A stretch of DNA of 43,900 nt from Nitrospirota bacterium (GCA_016234185.1 JACRHA010000109.1:1-43900), one strand, 5' to 3'; counted from the first letter of the stretch, positions 10,241 to 20,817 are shown. Made by a program: numbers and translations. Notes: a model not told the origin generated them from the sequence alone.

Positions 10241-10900
10241 ATGAATAATAATTCCGGGATTGAAGAGATTGATGTATTGCGGAAATCCAGGGATTTTCTT
10301 CAGACTGTCATAGACAACATTGCTGACCCGACAATGGTGACCGATGTTAACTACCATATAATCCTTGCCAATAAGGCACTCAAGAAGATCTTCGATAGGA
10401 GGGACCCTGTAGCCGAGCATCTTAGTTGCTTTGAGGTCATACATCGCCTGGACAGGCCCTGCCCGGTTGTTTGTCCGGGGTCATACCCCTGTCCGGTGAA
10501 TGAGGTCATTTCTACCTTGATGCCTTCAAGGGTAGTGCATACCCTTCACGATTCATTGGATAATGAAATCTTTATGGAGATAATGGTCTCCCCTATTTTT
10601 GACGAGACAGGGGAGATTGTTAAGATTGTTGAGTCTTTCCGCGATATCACTAAGTATATTAAAGAGGAGGAAAAGCTGGAAGATCTTGTCTTTGATTTTC
10701 AGAATGCCCTTGCTAAGGCCAGGAGGTTGGCTGGCCTCCTCCCTATCTGCATGACATGTAAAAGGATAAGAAGTGAGAAGGGGGATTGGGAGAATATTGA
10801 GGTTTATATAAGGAATCACTCTGAGGCCGAGTTTACCCATGGTCTCTGCCCGGAATGTGAGAAGAAGATATATGGTTTTCGGAACGAAAGGGAACAATAA
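10241..10900 (+). CDS. PAS domain protein with a C-terminal LPICxxCK...THGxCPxC Cys-rich domain
   Basis: PAS/PAC (IILANKA...CFEVIH..PC..CP...RDIT), coiled coil, GLLPICMTCKRIR...FTHGLCPEC. Confidence 0.85.
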   Translation: MNNNSGIEEIDVLRKSRDFLQTVIDNIADPTMVTDVNYHIILANKALKKIFDRRDPVAEHLSCFEVIHRLDRPCPVVCPGSYPCPVNEVISTLMPSRVVHTLHDSLDNEIFMEIMVSPIFDETGEIVKIVESFRDITKYIKEEEKLEDLVFDFQNALAKARRLAGLLPICMTCKRIRSEKGDWENIEVYIRNHSEAEFTHGLCPECEKKIYGFRNEREQ

Positions 10901-10920
10901 GGTTGCAACCGTCAGCCCTG

Positions 10921-11037
10921 TTAATATAATACCCTCTTTAGGTAAAGTCCCTGGGGAGGGAGATTTGTCACAGCCATCCTTGGGTCTCTTGATCTGAGGA
11001 TCCCGGCCGCATCTTCCGGTCTTATCCTTCCCCTTCC
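10921..11037 (-). repeat. 117 bp duplicate of the truA 3' end (direct repeat of 12092-12208)
   Basis: 94 bp identical (10944-11037 = 12115-12208), with 5 mismatches in the terminal 23 bp. Encodes GRGRIRPEDAAGILRSRDPRMAVTNLPPQGLYLKRVLY*. Confidence 0.95.
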
Positions 11038-11482
11038 CCTGGTGGTACAATTAACCGATTCAGGGGGGTCTCCGGTGAGTAACAAACCTGTGACATTCTC
11101 TGTAACAAGAAATGATGGGACATTAGATGGTGGAAAGAGGTCTGCTGCTGTCAACACAGATCCTCAAGGCAAGGCCCAGGTAACCCTTACCCTCGGTTCC
11201 CATGCAGGATCAGGGGAGAATCAGGTAGAGGCAACATTCCCTGGAAACACAGGACCTCCTGTCACCTTTGTGGCATCTGGTGTCATACCTGGCGATCCCT
11301 TAAACACCTCCTTCTCAGGTATCGTCTTAACAAACACTAATCAGCCTGTCCCAGGCGCTACTATCTCTATCCAGGGGACAACACTTATCACACAGACAGA
11401 TAGCCAGGGGCAGTTCAGATTAACTGGTGTGCCTGTTGGTGCCATACATCTGATCATGAACTTGGACAGTGGGTATCTATAG
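11038..11482 (+). pseudogene. Internal fragment of a large surface protein (Big_1-like Ig domain plus carboxypeptidase-regulatory-like domain)
   Basis: LVVQLTDSGGSPVSNKPVTF...TDPQGKAQVTLTLG, SGIVLTNTNQPVPGATISIQGT...TDSQGQFRLTGVPVG. No RBS or signal peptide. Begins at the truA-repeat junction. Confidence 0.7.
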
Positions 11483-11515
11483 GTACAGGATCAGTTACAG
11501 AGGATGGTATAAAGA

Positions 11516-11746
11516 TTATGATGCCTTCAATACCTGCGTTTTTACAGGCAAAACCTTTGAAGGTCTTCTCTCGCCCCTGGCAAGGTAGTTTAATATCTCA
11601 AAGCCTATTATGCTTCCGTCCTCGGCAATAGAGTAGATAATCTCCTTGCCAACATCGCTTTCCTTGCAATAAACCTCCTTCTTATTGCTGAAGCGGACAT
11701 GAAGGGCATTGCCTTTTTCGTCATACACTATCTTGATTGGCTTCAT
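11516..11746 (-). CDS. DUF2283-family protein (putative antitoxin)
   Basis: IKIVYDEKGNALHVRF...DGSIIGFEIL. Overlaps the upstream gene. Confidence 0.8.
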   Translation of the reverse strand: MKPIKIVYDEKGNALHVRFSNKKEVYCKESDVGKEIIYSIAEDGSIIGFEILNYLARGERRPSKVLPVKTQVLKAS

Positions 11747-12041
11747 ATACTGTAACCCCCTTTTTAATTTTGTCGGTTAAGTAAGACGTAATTATAAAAC
11801 CCTCTCCGTCAAGATGACGGCAAACAACACAGAGAAAATATTTATCGTAAGGAGCATAGTAAAGATATACTTTTTCATCCTCTTTGCTGAGTCTGACATA
11901 AACAGGATTCCTTAATGTTTCTTTAACCTGCTCCTCCAGCCCAATTATTGATTCATGTTTGCCTGTGATATAATCCCAATGTCGTTTAGTTACCCTGATG
12001 CGCTGACCGAATTTAGAAAACGTCTCTATATAAACGGACAT
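11721..12041 (-). CDS. DUF4258/RelE-like ribonuclease-fold putative toxin
   Basis: RIRVTKRHWDYITGKH, ETLRNP, LYY...LCVV....GFIITSYLT. Paired with DUF2283. Confidence 0.7.
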   Translation of the reverse strand: MSVYIETFSKFGQRIRVTKRHWDYITGKHESIIGLEEQVKETLRNPVYVRLSKEDEKVYLYYAPYDKYFLCVVCRHLDGEGFIITSYLTDKIKKGVTVYEANQDSV

Positions 12042-12091
12042 GGCTCTATTATAACTGAATATGAAACTTTATACAGTTTACATCCTATCTG

Positions 12092-12829
12092 CTAATATAG
12101 TACCCTTTTTAAGAAAAGTCCCTGGGGAGGGAGATTTGTCACAGCCATCCTTGGGTCTCTTGATCTGAGGATCCCGGCCGCATCTTCCGGTCTTATCCTT
12201 CCCCTTCCTGCCTCAACGAGTGTCCCGATAATTCGTCTTACCATATGATGAAGAAATCTGTCGGCCTCCAAGGTTATAATGATTTCTCCGGAAGACCTCT
12301 TCATTTTTATGGCCTTGAGATTGCAAAGGTTTTTCTTCTTATCCTCATAACGTGAGGATGAGTAGGCTGAAAAATCATGCAGGCCCAAAAAACATAATGA
12401 TGCCTTGCGCATGATATTTATGTCGAGAAGATCATGCAATTGAAATGTATAATTCCTCCTAAGGCTGGATATATGCCCACCATCTATGATCCGATATTCA
12501 TATACCTTTCCTTTTGCAGAATACCTTGCATGGAAGTCATCCGGTACAACTTCTACCCGAAGTACCGCTATGTCGGCCGGGAGGAGGGAGTTAAGGGCCT
12601 TTCTCCAGCTATCCGTATCAAGCCTGGAGCAATCCTTGAAACTTGCCACCTGTCCTGTCGCGTGTACACCTGCATCTGTCCTGCCTGCACCAATGAGGGG
12701 GAGATATGACCCTGTGATCCTCTTTGTGACATCCTGGATTGTACCCTGGATAGTCGGCAGATCCGGTTGATACTGCCAGCCATGGTAGTTTGTCCCGTCA
12801 TACTCAATAAGCAATCTTATATTCTGCAT
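12092..12829 (-). CDS. truA: tRNA pseudouridine(38-40) synthase
   Basis: IEYDGTNYHGWQYQ, GAGRTDAGVHATGQV, FHARYSA, FLHHMVRRIIG, PPQGLFL. Confidence 0.97.
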   Translation of the reverse strand: MQNIRLLIEYDGTNYHGWQYQPDLPTIQGTIQDVTKRITGSYLPLIGAGRTDAGVHATGQVASFKDCSRLDTDSWRKALNSLLPADIAVLRVEVVPDDFHARYSAKGKVYEYRIIDGGHISSLRRNYTFQLHDLLDINIMRKASLCFLGLHDFSAYSSSRYEDKKKNLCNLKAIKMKRSSGEIIITLEADRFLHHMVRRIIGTLVEAGRGRIRPEDAAGILRSRDPRMAVTNLPPQGLFLKRVLY

Positions 12830-12848
12830 CTATGGTTCAGATCTTTCT

Positions 12849-14408
12849 TCAGGAGGGGATTTGACCCTGCTTGTTTTTGATATACTCCCTGATGCCTTCT
12901 AAAAGGGCCTCTGCTATCTTCTGCCTGTAATCATCCTTTCTGAGAAGAGCTTCCTCATAGGCGTTGCTGATAAATGAGACCTCAGCTAAGATACTGGGCA
13001 TATCTGTATGTATAAGGACATAGAATGGCGCCTTCTTTACCCCAAGTTTTACTATATTATACCTCTTATCCAAAATCCCTGAGAAGGATTCCATTGTAAG
13101 GTGGGCGAATTCGAGCGACATTTCTGTGGTAAAATCCTTTGCAAGCTCCTTTAGTATTGCCTGGAGATAGTTTACATCCTCTTCCGATGTAGAATTCTCT
13201 CTTGCTGCAGTAGCCAGGGCCCTTTTGTCAGAGGGGGCTCCCAGGAGATAGACTTCAACACCCCTTGTATTTTTCTTAGGGCTCGAATTTGCATGGATAG
13301 AGACAAATAGCTCCCCGTTGCTTCCATTTGCCAGACGGCTTCTTTCGTCTAATGGGATAAATAGATCTGTATCCCTCGTCATTATGACCCTCTTCCCCAT
13401 TTTCCTGATGATCATATCCCTTAGTCTAAGCCCGATATCCAGGACCACCTCTTTTTCAGTAAGCCCGCTCTTTCCGATGGCGCCAGGGTCCTTGCCGCCA
13501 TGCCCGGGGTCTATTATTATCGTATCTATCTTTTGTGCCGGCTGACTGCCGACCATTTTATCTTTTTTTGAAGGGGGTTCCTCAGATGGCTGTAGGGTAT
13601 TCTTCTTATTGGTATCTTTGCTGAATATGTCTATAACGATCCTTGGCGGCGAGGGAAGGGGGAAGGCCTTGAATTTTTTCAGGCCATCAAGCCAGAAGGA
13701 GATGGCAATTGCATCAGGCCCCGTCTCTGAGACCTGAACCTTTTTTATTGTAGAATCACTAATCAACTCGATTTTGTCCTTAAGTTCTTTGCCTACATAA
13801 AGGTTATAGAGGTTCAGGGTAACCCTATCTTCAGACGATGCGGCATGGTCGAACCTTACCAGGGTATCCAGATCCAGGACAATCCTGGTATATTTTTGAT
13901 GTGACCAGTATCTGATATCCCTTGCCTCTGCCCTGCCCTTAACATCAATATCCTTTGTCCCTTCATCTCCTCCATTTTTTTTGGCGATTTCTTCTATCCT
14001 GTTTATCTCTGTCCGGCTAAGCTGATATAGCTCTGAGTCGGGATAATCTGTGGTCACATTAGAGAACAGTTCTTTTGCCTTTAGGAGATCCGATCTCTTT
14101 CCGGAATACCTGTATAGTCCGAGGTAAAGCCCCGCGGCATGGAATAGCGATTTTTCTTTAAGTCCGCTCTCATTGGTTACAACGGAACTGTTAAGGGAGA
14201 TAAATTTTCTTATGCATTCCTCCCAGTTTTTCCTGTACTTCTGCTTATTTTTAGACTCTCTCAGGCTGTTTTCGCATGATGCTGCTGCATTAAACCTTGT
14301 TTGGGCAGACCTTTTGGAGACCTGTGTTCCTTGTGAGTCCCGGGTATATGGAGAGAGGATGGTTATGATAATAAGGCACAGAATTGTTTTTTGAATCATT
14401 CTTTTCAT
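12849..14408 (-). CDS. amiC: N-acetylmuramoyl-L-alanine amidase (signal peptide, TPR-like, AMIN, Amidase_3)
   Basis: IIIDPGHGGKDPGA, EKEVVL, FVSIHANS, SILAEVSFISN, AMIN-like TRIVLDL and PRIVIDI. Start placed at the ATG before the hydrophobic signal. Confidence 0.9.
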   Translation of the reverse strand: MKRMIQKTILCLIIITILSPYTRDSQGTQVSKRSAQTRFNAAASCENSLRESKNKQKYRKNWEECIRKFISLNSSVVTNESGLKEKSLFHAAGLYLGLYRYSGKRSDLLKAKELFSNVTTDYPDSELYQLSRTEINRIEEIAKKNGGDEGTKDIDVKGRAEARDIRYWSHQKYTRIVLDLDTLVRFDHAASSEDRVTLNLYNLYVGKELKDKIELISDSTIKKVQVSETGPDAIAISFWLDGLKKFKAFPLPSPPRIVIDIFSKDTNKKNTLQPSEEPPSKKDKMVGSQPAQKIDTIIIDPGHGGKDPGAIGKSGLTEKEVVLDIGLRLRDMIIRKMGKRVIMTRDTDLFIPLDERSRLANGSNGELFVSIHANSSPKKNTRGVEVYLLGAPSDKRALATAARENSTSEEDVNYLQAILKELAKDFTTEMSLEFAHLTMESFSGILDKRYNIVKLGVKKAPFYVLIHTDMPSILAEVSFISNAYEEALLRKDDYRQKIAEALLEGIREYIKNKQGQIPS

Positions 14409-14496
14409 AGCTATATGACGGTTAAAATAAATTAGCTTAACTCCTATCCTTATGTCAATATCGTGCTGCCGGGTATCTTCCGAGTATCTTGGCTCC

Positions 14497-14524
14497 TTGA
14501 CAGAAGCATGCAAAAGACTATAAT
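14497..14524 (+). promoter_or_regulatory. Sigma70 promoter upstream of hemB
   Basis: TTGACA-16 bp-TATAAT. Confidence 0.75.
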
Positions 14525-14567
14525 CTATACTAAGAGATTAAAAACTCAACTACTATTTTATATTAAA

Positions 14568-15542
14568 GTGAATTTTCCAATTTACCGGCCAAGAAGACTA
14601 CGTAAGACAGAAGACTTAAGGAGGATGGTCAGGGAGACAAGATTGTCTGTAGATAATCTTGTCTATCCTATGTTTGTCGTATGCGGGAAGGGGAAAAAAG
14701 AGGAGATTGGGTCTATGCCGGGGGTTTTCAGGTTTTCCGTAGACATGCTCACAAAAGAGGCCCAGGAGGTAGCCGGTCTTGGAATTCCTGCGGTAATCCT
14801 ATTCGGGATACCAGACAGAAAGGACGAAACCGGTTCCGAGGCCTTAAACCCGAAGGGGGTTGTGCAGGAGGCAGTGAGGGCCCTGAAGGACAAGGTACAT
14901 GGCCTGACAGTTATAACAGATGTTTGTATTGATGAATATACATCCCACGGTCATTGCGGTCTGGTTAAAGACGGGCAGATTTTAAACGATCCTACACTTG
15001 AGATCCTGTCCAGGATGGCCCTCTCCCACGCAGAGGCGGGCGCTGATATGGTAGCGCCGTCCGATATGATGGATGGGAGGGTAGGTTCAATAAGGAAGGC
15101 CCTCGACGGCAACGGCTTCCATGATATACCTATTATGTCGTATGCCGCAAAGTATGCTTCCTTATTCTATGGCCCTTTCAGGGAGGCGGCAGATTCAACG
15201 CCAAAGTTCGGCGACCGGCGCTCATACCAGATGGATCCGCCGAATGCCATAGAGGCATTGCGGGAGGTGGCTCTGGATATTGAGGAGGGGGCCGATATTA
15301 TCATGGTTAAGCCTGCCCTGGCATACCTTGATATAATATACCGGGTAAAGAATGAGTTTAACTATCCTGTGGCCGCATATAACGTAAGCGGGGAGTACTC
15401 CATGGTCAGGGCTGCTGCAAATTCAGGCTGGCTCGATGGTGATAGGGTAATGATGGAGATCCTTGTTTCTATCAGGCGGGCAGGGGCCGATCTTATTCTT
15501 ACCTATTTTGCCAGGGATGCGGCCAGAATCTTAAATAAATAA
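14568..15542 (+). CDS. hemB: Porphobilinogen synthase (ALA dehydratase)
   Basis: [52 protein letters not shown] start inferred. Confidence 0.97.
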   Translation: MNFPIYRPRRLRKTEDLRRMVRETRLSVDNLVYPMFVVCGKGKKEEIGSMPGVFRFSVDMLTKEAQEVAGLGIPAVILFGIPDRKDETGSEALNPKGVVQEAVRALKDKVHGLTVITDVCIDEYTSHGHCGLVKDGQILNDPTLEILSRMALSHAEAGADMVAPSDMMDGRVGSIRKALDGNGFHDIPIMSYAAKYASLFYGPFREAADSTPKFGDRRSYQMDPPNAIEALREVALDIEEGADIIMVKPALAYLDIIYRVKNEFNYPVAAYNVSGEYSMVRAAANSGWLDGDRVMMEILVSIRRAGADLILTYFARDAARILNK

Positions 15543-16486
15543 TGAAAATCATCCATAATTTTCCGGATACACCTATAGGAGGCATTAAGAAAGGGCTTAC
15601 CTATCCCGTTATTACAATAGGAAACTTTGATGGCCTTCACCTGGGCCATCAGGTGATAATGCAGTCTGTGGTGAAAGAGGCAGGGATAAGGGGGGGTACA
15701 GGCATTGTGGTTACATTTGAACCCCATCCATTCAGTCTGCTCGCATCTGATAGACCCCTGAAGCTCCTGACATCTTTTGATGAGAGGATGAGGCTCATAG
15801 AGGGGCTTGGGATAGATATGGTAATTTGCGCCAGGTTTGATGAGAAATTTGCACATCTGTCTCCCTATGAGTTTGCTGCAAATATCCTTCATGGGGAGAT
15901 AGGCGCAAAGGAGATATATGTCGGGGAAGATTTTGCATTCGGCTACAAAAGGAGCGGAAAGATAGACGATCTAAAAAGGTTCGGGAGGGAATTCGGTTTC
16001 AAGGTAGATACGATCATGCCTGTGATATTGGACGGGGAGAGGGTAAGTTCATCGAGGATCAGGGGACTTATCGGGGACGGAAGGGTAGGGGAGTCTGCAA
16101 GGCTCCTTGGGAGATATTACTCTATAGAGGGTCTGGTTGTTGCGGGAAAAAACAGGGGCAAGGATCTGGGTTATCCAACGGCAAATGTCAGGCCGCCTGA
16201 TGAGATGATACCCAAAGATGGTGTCTATGCTGCAAAGGTCACCATTGATGCGACATCGATGGATGGGGTTACCTATATCGGGAATCAGCCTACATTCGGT
16301 ATAAATGAAAAGATGGTGGAGGTGCATATCTTCAACTGCGATAAAAATCTATATGATAAGAGCATCAGAATAACCTTTATCGAACATATAAGGGATGATG
16401 TGACCTTTGAAAACAGGGATCTGCTTATAGGGCAGATTAAGGACGATATCAGACGCGCAAAGGAACTGCTTCTTTTTAAGGGATAA
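15542..16486 (+). CDS. ribF: Bifunctional riboflavin kinase / FAD synthetase
   Basis: TIGNFDGLHLGHQ, TFEPHP, VSSSRIR, LGYPTAN. Confidence 0.96.
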   Translation: MKIIHNFPDTPIGGIKKGLTYPVITIGNFDGLHLGHQVIMQSVVKEAGIRGGTGIVVTFEPHPFSLLASDRPLKLLTSFDERMRLIEGLGIDMVICARFDEKFAHLSPYEFAANILHGEIGAKEIYVGEDFAFGYKRSGKIDDLKRFGREFGFKVDTIMPVILDGERVSSSRIRGLIGDGRVGESARLLGRYYSIEGLVVAGKNRGKDLGYPTANVRPPDEMIPKDGVYAAKVTIDATSMDGVTYIGNQPTFGINEKMVEVHIFNCDKNLYDKSIRITFIEHIRDDVTFENRDLLIGQIKDDIRRAKELLLFKG

Positions 16487-16507
16487 ACAGGGGTATCAGG
16501 GCAAGCT

Positions 16508-17983
16508 ATGTCAAGGGTATTAAGTAGTATGCGTTTAGAACCGATTATAAGTAAGGTGAAGGGGGAGATCGTAAAAAATAGTCTGATTTCGGCGGGGGAT
16601 AGGGTTGTTGTCGCCCTCTCAGGGGGCCCCGATTCTATGGCCATGCTCCATATATTGACAGGGCTTTATCAAGAGCTGGACATAAGCCTACATATTGCCC
16701 ATCTGGATCATCAGTTCAGGGGCATTCAATCCCAAAAGGATTCGGAATTCATAAGAAGCTATGCAGATAGGTTATGCCTCCCTGCCACTATTGAATCGAT
16801 CGATGTGCCTTCTTTTGCAAGGAAGAATCGCCTTTCCGCCCAGGCGGCTGCAAGGGAGATCAGGTATAAATTTCTCTTTAAGGTGGCCAGGGAGGTTGGG
16901 GGGACAAAGATAGCCCTTGGACATACCTCGAACGACCAGGCAGAGACTGTACTGGCCAGGCTACTTAGGGGGGCCGGCTCCAGGGGGCTCTCGGGTATCC
17001 CGGTTTACGGTAGGGGGATGATAATCAGGCCGCTCCTCTCTGTATCAAGGGCGGAGATAATGGATTATCTGAACCAATCAAATATCCCTTTCCTTAATGA
17101 CCCGACAAATGAGAAACCGATCTATCTCAGAAACAGGATAAGACATGAACTGCTGCCGTTTTTGGCTGAAAGATATAGCCCCGGCATATACGATATCTTA
17201 AACAGAGAGGCCGAAATATTATGCAGGGAGAATGAATTCCTCTCCCAATATGCATCCGGTATCCTGGATGATATTATCAGTGATAGTTCGGCAGGCTCAC
17301 TAGGGGAGGGGGGTCTTGAGCTTGATCTTGGACTTTTTTCAATGCACCATATAGCTGTCAAAAGGCGGGTGATCCTTGAGGCCGTGAGGCGTGTCAAGGG
17401 GGATATTGATAATATCAGTTTTGTTCAGATCGATGAGACCCTCCGGATGGCGGATAACGGAAGGACAGGGGCTGTTATAATATTCCCTGGCCGGGTCAGG
17501 ATCAGAAGGGGATATAACCGGATTATTGTATCCCTTGGTGGGGATTTAGTCCCCTCATTAAGGCAGTCTGCTTTGTGTATTGGCGAAGTGCGGACGCTTG
17601 TCTTGCCTGTACCAGGAAGGGTCTCTCTGAAGCCATCATTAATGGAGATAGAGGCCTCAATTATGGAGGGTCCCTGTATCTATAGCGGAGGGGCCGGCAA
17701 AGGCGCCTCCTTTGATCTTGAAATGTTTTCTTCTCCTCTCTTCATAAGAAACAGGAGGAGGGGGGATATCCTTTATCCCCTTGGGATGGGCGGAAAGAAA
17801 AAGAAACTGCATGATATATTTATTGATATGAAGATACCCCTTGAGGAAAGAGGGGGGATACCCCTGCTAGTATCTCCGGAAGGGATCCTCTGGGTTATGG
17901 GTGTAAGGCAGGACGAAAGGTTTAAGGTCAGGGATAATACAAAGAGGACACTCCTGGTAAAAATTCTGAGGGGAGGAGATTGA
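16508..17983 (+). CDS. tilS: tRNA(Ile)-lysidine synthetase
   Basis: VALSGGPDS, AAREIRY, GHTSNDQAET, IIRPLL, RNRIRH, TilS C-terminal domain. Confidence 0.96.
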   Translation: MSRVLSSMRLEPIISKVKGEIVKNSLISAGDRVVVALSGGPDSMAMLHILTGLYQELDISLHIAHLDHQFRGIQSQKDSEFIRSYADRLCLPATIESIDVPSFARKNRLSAQAAAREIRYKFLFKVAREVGGTKIALGHTSNDQAETVLARLLRGAGSRGLSGIPVYGRGMIIRPLLSVSRAEIMDYLNQSNIPFLNDPTNEKPIYLRNRIRHELLPFLAERYSPGIYDILNREAEILCRENEFLSQYASGILDDIISDSSAGSLGEGGLELDLGLFSMHHIAVKRRVILEAVRRVKGDIDNISFVQIDETLRMADNGRTGAVIIFPGRVRIRRGYNRIIVSLGGDLVPSLRQSALCIGEVRTLVLPVPGRVSLKPSLMEIEASIMEGPCIYSGGAGKGASFDLEMFSSPLFIRNRRRGDILYPLGMGGKKKKLHDIFIDMKIPLEERGGIPLLVSPEGILWVMGVRQDERFKVRDNTKRTLLVKILRGGD

Positions 17984-17984
17984 A

Positions 17985-18524
17985 ATGTCAGAGCGCATCT
18001 TTGGAAAACCGATAATAACACAGGTTGAGATGCAGAGGAGGATAAAGGAACTAGGCAGGCGTATATCGATCGATTATGAAGGCAAGGATCTGCTTGTGGT
18101 CGGTGTATTAAAGGGTGCCTTTGCCTTCTTTGCTGACCTTATAAGGGCTATAAGGCTGCCGGTAAGGGTCGATTTTATAATGGTCTCGAGCTATGGGGTT
18201 AAGAGCAAGTCTGCCGGAAGGGTAAAGGTGATATCTGATCTTACGGCAGATATAGCAGGACAGGATGTGCTCATTGTTGAGGATATTGTTGATTCCGGGC
18301 TTACTGTCAACTCCCTAAAGAAGAACCTCCTTTCCCGCAGACCCAAATCTCTTAGGTTCTGTGCACTCCTGGATAAGCAGGAGAGGAGAAAGATAGATGT
18401 TGTGATCGACTATGTGGGCTTCAAGATACCGAATAAATATGTGGTTGGTTACGGACTGGATTATCAGGATAAGTATAGAAACCTGCCTTATATAGCTGTA
18501 CTGGAGAATGTTGATGAGGAGTAG
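17985..18524 (+). CDS. hpt: Hypoxanthine phosphoribosyltransferase
   Basis: VLKGA, VLIVEDIVDSGLT, VVGYGLDY...YRNLPYI. tilS-hpt-ftsH synteny. Confidence 0.96.
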   Translation: MSERIFGKPIITQVEMQRRIKELGRRISIDYEGKDLLVVGVLKGAFAFFADLIRAIRLPVRVDFIMVSSYGVKSKSAGRVKVISDLTADIAGQDVLIVEDIVDSGLTVNSLKKNLLSRRPKSLRFCALLDKQERRKIDVVIDYVGFKIPNKYVVGYGLDYQDKYRNLPYIAVLENVDEE

Positions 18525-18530
18525 GCGATC

Positions 18531-18755
18531 CTATTGCAGGGGCTCGCGCGCCCCCTCCACCGGCAAAGCCGAAGCGAGCATCCGGCTCGGCCGGTGCAAG
18601 CGCGGGGTGTGGGGGCATCGGAGGAGCCACTGCACCGCACGGGCCCCTACAGATGATCGTCGCCTCCCCCTCAACGCTCGCCTGGCTCGCTGGATAGATC
18701 TAAAGGGGCTTGCGTCGCCTCGCCCCTACAACTCAACGCTCGCTTTGCTCGCTGG
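18531..18755 (-). repeat. Modular intergenic palindromic element, copy 2 (two units, reverse orientation)
   Basis: Reverse complement of the copy 1 arms, with the same TAGATCTA junction between units. 40 bp identical to 39859-39898. Confidence 0.9.
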
Positions 18756-18896
18756 AGGTCCGTGTTACCTGATGCTATCTAAATATTGTCATACGTATAG
18801 AAAGTATGTTAGAATTTTTTCTAAAAGAATTTTTGGTGAAGAGCCTTGGCCTCGAGGCCGGGCAGGTATGATAAGATCATTTTTGGAGGAATTAGC

Positions 18897-20702
18897 TTGA
18901 AATCACGGAATAAATATTGGGTCCTCTGGGTGGTTGTCGGGTTATTTATGATACTCCTTTTTAATCTGTTTACGTTCATAACCCCGTCCCAGGAAGAGGA
19001 GCTGGTGTTCAGTGATTTTATGAATAAACTTGAGGCCTCTGAGGTTGCCGAGGTTGTTATCAAGCAGAATCATATTAGTGGTCTCCTGAAGGATGGGAAG
19101 AAGTTTAAGACCTATACAACAGATTATCCGGACCTGGTGAAGATACTTCGGGAAAGGCATGTCAAGATAGTTGCGAGGCCGCCTGATGAAAATCCATGGT
19201 ATATAGCTTTTCTGGTCACATGGGGGCCGCTCATCTTTGTAATAGCCCTCTGGTTCTTCCTGATGAGACAGATGCAGATGGGGGGAAATAAGGCGCTCTC
19301 TTTTGGAAAGAGCAGGGCAAGGCTTCTTGCTGAGGAAAAGAAGAAAATAACCTTTGCAGATGTAGCCGGGATAGATGAGGCGAAGGAAGAGGTCACCGAG
19401 ATCATAGAGTTTCTGAAAGATCCCCACAAGTTCCAGAAACTTGGAGGCAGGATTCCGAAGGGTGTTCTTATTGTCGGTCCGCCGGGCACAGGAAAGACCC
19501 TCCTGGCAAAGGCTATAGCCGGCGAGGCCGGAGTGCCTTTTTTCAGTATCAGCGGCTCTGATTTTGTAGAGATGTTTGTCGGTGTCGGGGCCTCAAGGGT
19601 GAGAGACCTCTTTGAGCAGGGAAGGAAGAACGCACCCTGCATAATATTCATCGATGAGATAGATGCTGTGGGCCGTTTGCGCGGCGCAGGTCTTGGCGGC
19701 GGACACGATGAAAGGGAACAGACCCTAAACCAGCTCTTAGTTGAGATGGATGGTTTTGAGACCAGTGAGGGTGTCATCCTGATCGCTGCAACAAACAGAC
19801 CTGATGTGCTTGATCCGGCCCTGCTCAGGCCAGGAAGGTTTGATAGACAGATAGTCGTTTCACGGCCTGATGTGAAAGGGAGGCTGGAGATACTCAATGT
19901 CCATACAAAGAAGATACCCCTTCCCAAGGATATGGATCTTGAGGTAATTGCAAGGGGGACACCAGGTTTTTCGGGAGCAGATCTGGAGAATCTCGTAAAT
20001 GAGGCGGCGCTTCTTGCCGCAAGGAAGAATAAAAAGGCTGTAGAGATTGACGACTTCGAGTTTGCCAAGGATAAGGTGCTTATGGGCGTTGAGAGGAAGA
20101 GTCTGATAATCAGTGACGCAGAGAAGAGGAATACAGCCTATCATGAGGCCGGTCATGCGCTTGTGGCCAAGATACTCCCCGGCACGGATCCTGTCCATAA
20201 GGTGACTATAATACCCAGAGGAAGGGCGCTTGGGGTTACCATGCAGCTACCCACGGATGACAGATATAACTATCCGAAGGAATATCTTTACAACACCATT
20301 GCCATACTCCTGGGCGGAAGGGTTGCAGAGGAGGTCTTCTTAAAACATATAACAACCGGGGCAGGGAATGATATCGAAAGGGCGACTGAACTTGCGAGGA
20401 AGATGGTCTGTGAGTGGGGGATGAGTGAGAAGATGGGGCCGCTTACATTCGGCAAGAAGGAGGAGGAGATCTTTCTGGGCCGCGAGATAGCCAAGCATAG
20501 GGATTATAGTGAAACTACTGCCATAGATATAGATAATGAGGTAAAGCGCCTTGTATTTGAGAACTATGAGCGGGCAAAGGATATAATTATTAAAAATATG
20601 AATGCCTTAAAGGGTATTGCTGAGGCGCTTTTGGAAAGGGAGGTGCTTGATGCGCAGGAGATCGACAAGATCATAAGCGAGGCAGCGCCATCTTTAACCT
20701 AA
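18897..20702 (+). CDS. ftsH: ATP-dependent zinc metalloprotease FtsH
   Basis: Two TMs, [36 protein letters not shown] precedes the in-frame TTG at 18897. Confidence 0.97.
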   Translation: MKSRNKYWVLWVVVGLFMILLFNLFTFITPSQEEELVFSDFMNKLEASEVAEVVIKQNHISGLLKDGKKFKTYTTDYPDLVKILRERHVKIVARPPDENPWYIAFLVTWGPLIFVIALWFFLMRQMQMGGNKALSFGKSRARLLAEEKKKITFADVAGIDEAKEEVTEIIEFLKDPHKFQKLGGRIPKGVLIVGPPGTGKTLLAKAIAGEAGVPFFSISGSDFVEMFVGVGASRVRDLFEQGRKNAPCIIFIDEIDAVGRLRGAGLGGGHDEREQTLNQLLVEMDGFETSEGVILIAATNRPDVLDPALLRPGRFDRQIVVSRPDVKGRLEILNVHTKKIPLPKDMDLEVIARGTPGFSGADLENLVNEAALLAARKNKKAVEIDDFEFAKDKVLMGVERKSLIISDAEKRNTAYHEAGHALVAKILPGTDPVHKVTIIPRGRALGVTMQLPTDDRYNYPKEYLYNTIAILLGGRVAEEVFLKHITTGAGNDIERATELARKMVCEWGMSEKMGPLTFGKKEEEIFLGREIAKHRDYSETTAIDIDNEVKRLVFENYERAKDIIIKNMNALKGIAEALLEREVLDAQEIDKIISEAAPSLT

Positions 20703-20817
20703 GATATGTATCTGCCATTTTAATTGAATTAAACTCCCTTCTGACAGGCTGATAATTGATGATTTGAAAAAGGTATAGTAATTAATAGTCTCGAAATGTA
20801 TTGACTTACCACCAGAT

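Noticed and set aside
9392-10444. Long antisense ORFs (350 aa here; also 19124..20068 and 30628..31371)
   Set aside because: They are shadows on the opposite strand of cheA, ftsH and pilW, with no recognisable motifs.
10921-11157. 78 aa minus-strand ORF as a real gene
   Set aside because: It is a chimera of antisense Ig-fragment sequence and the duplicated truA end.
10921-12208. Diversity-generating retroelement TR/VR pair
   Set aside because: Mismatches are not adenine-specific and are mostly silent, and there is no reverse transcriptase in the window.
18421-18900. ORFs over the GC-rich repeats (also 5917..6198, 37257..37598, 39792..40025)
   Set aside because: Shared peptides such as ASPPP and PYNSTLALLAG are just translations of the repeat element.
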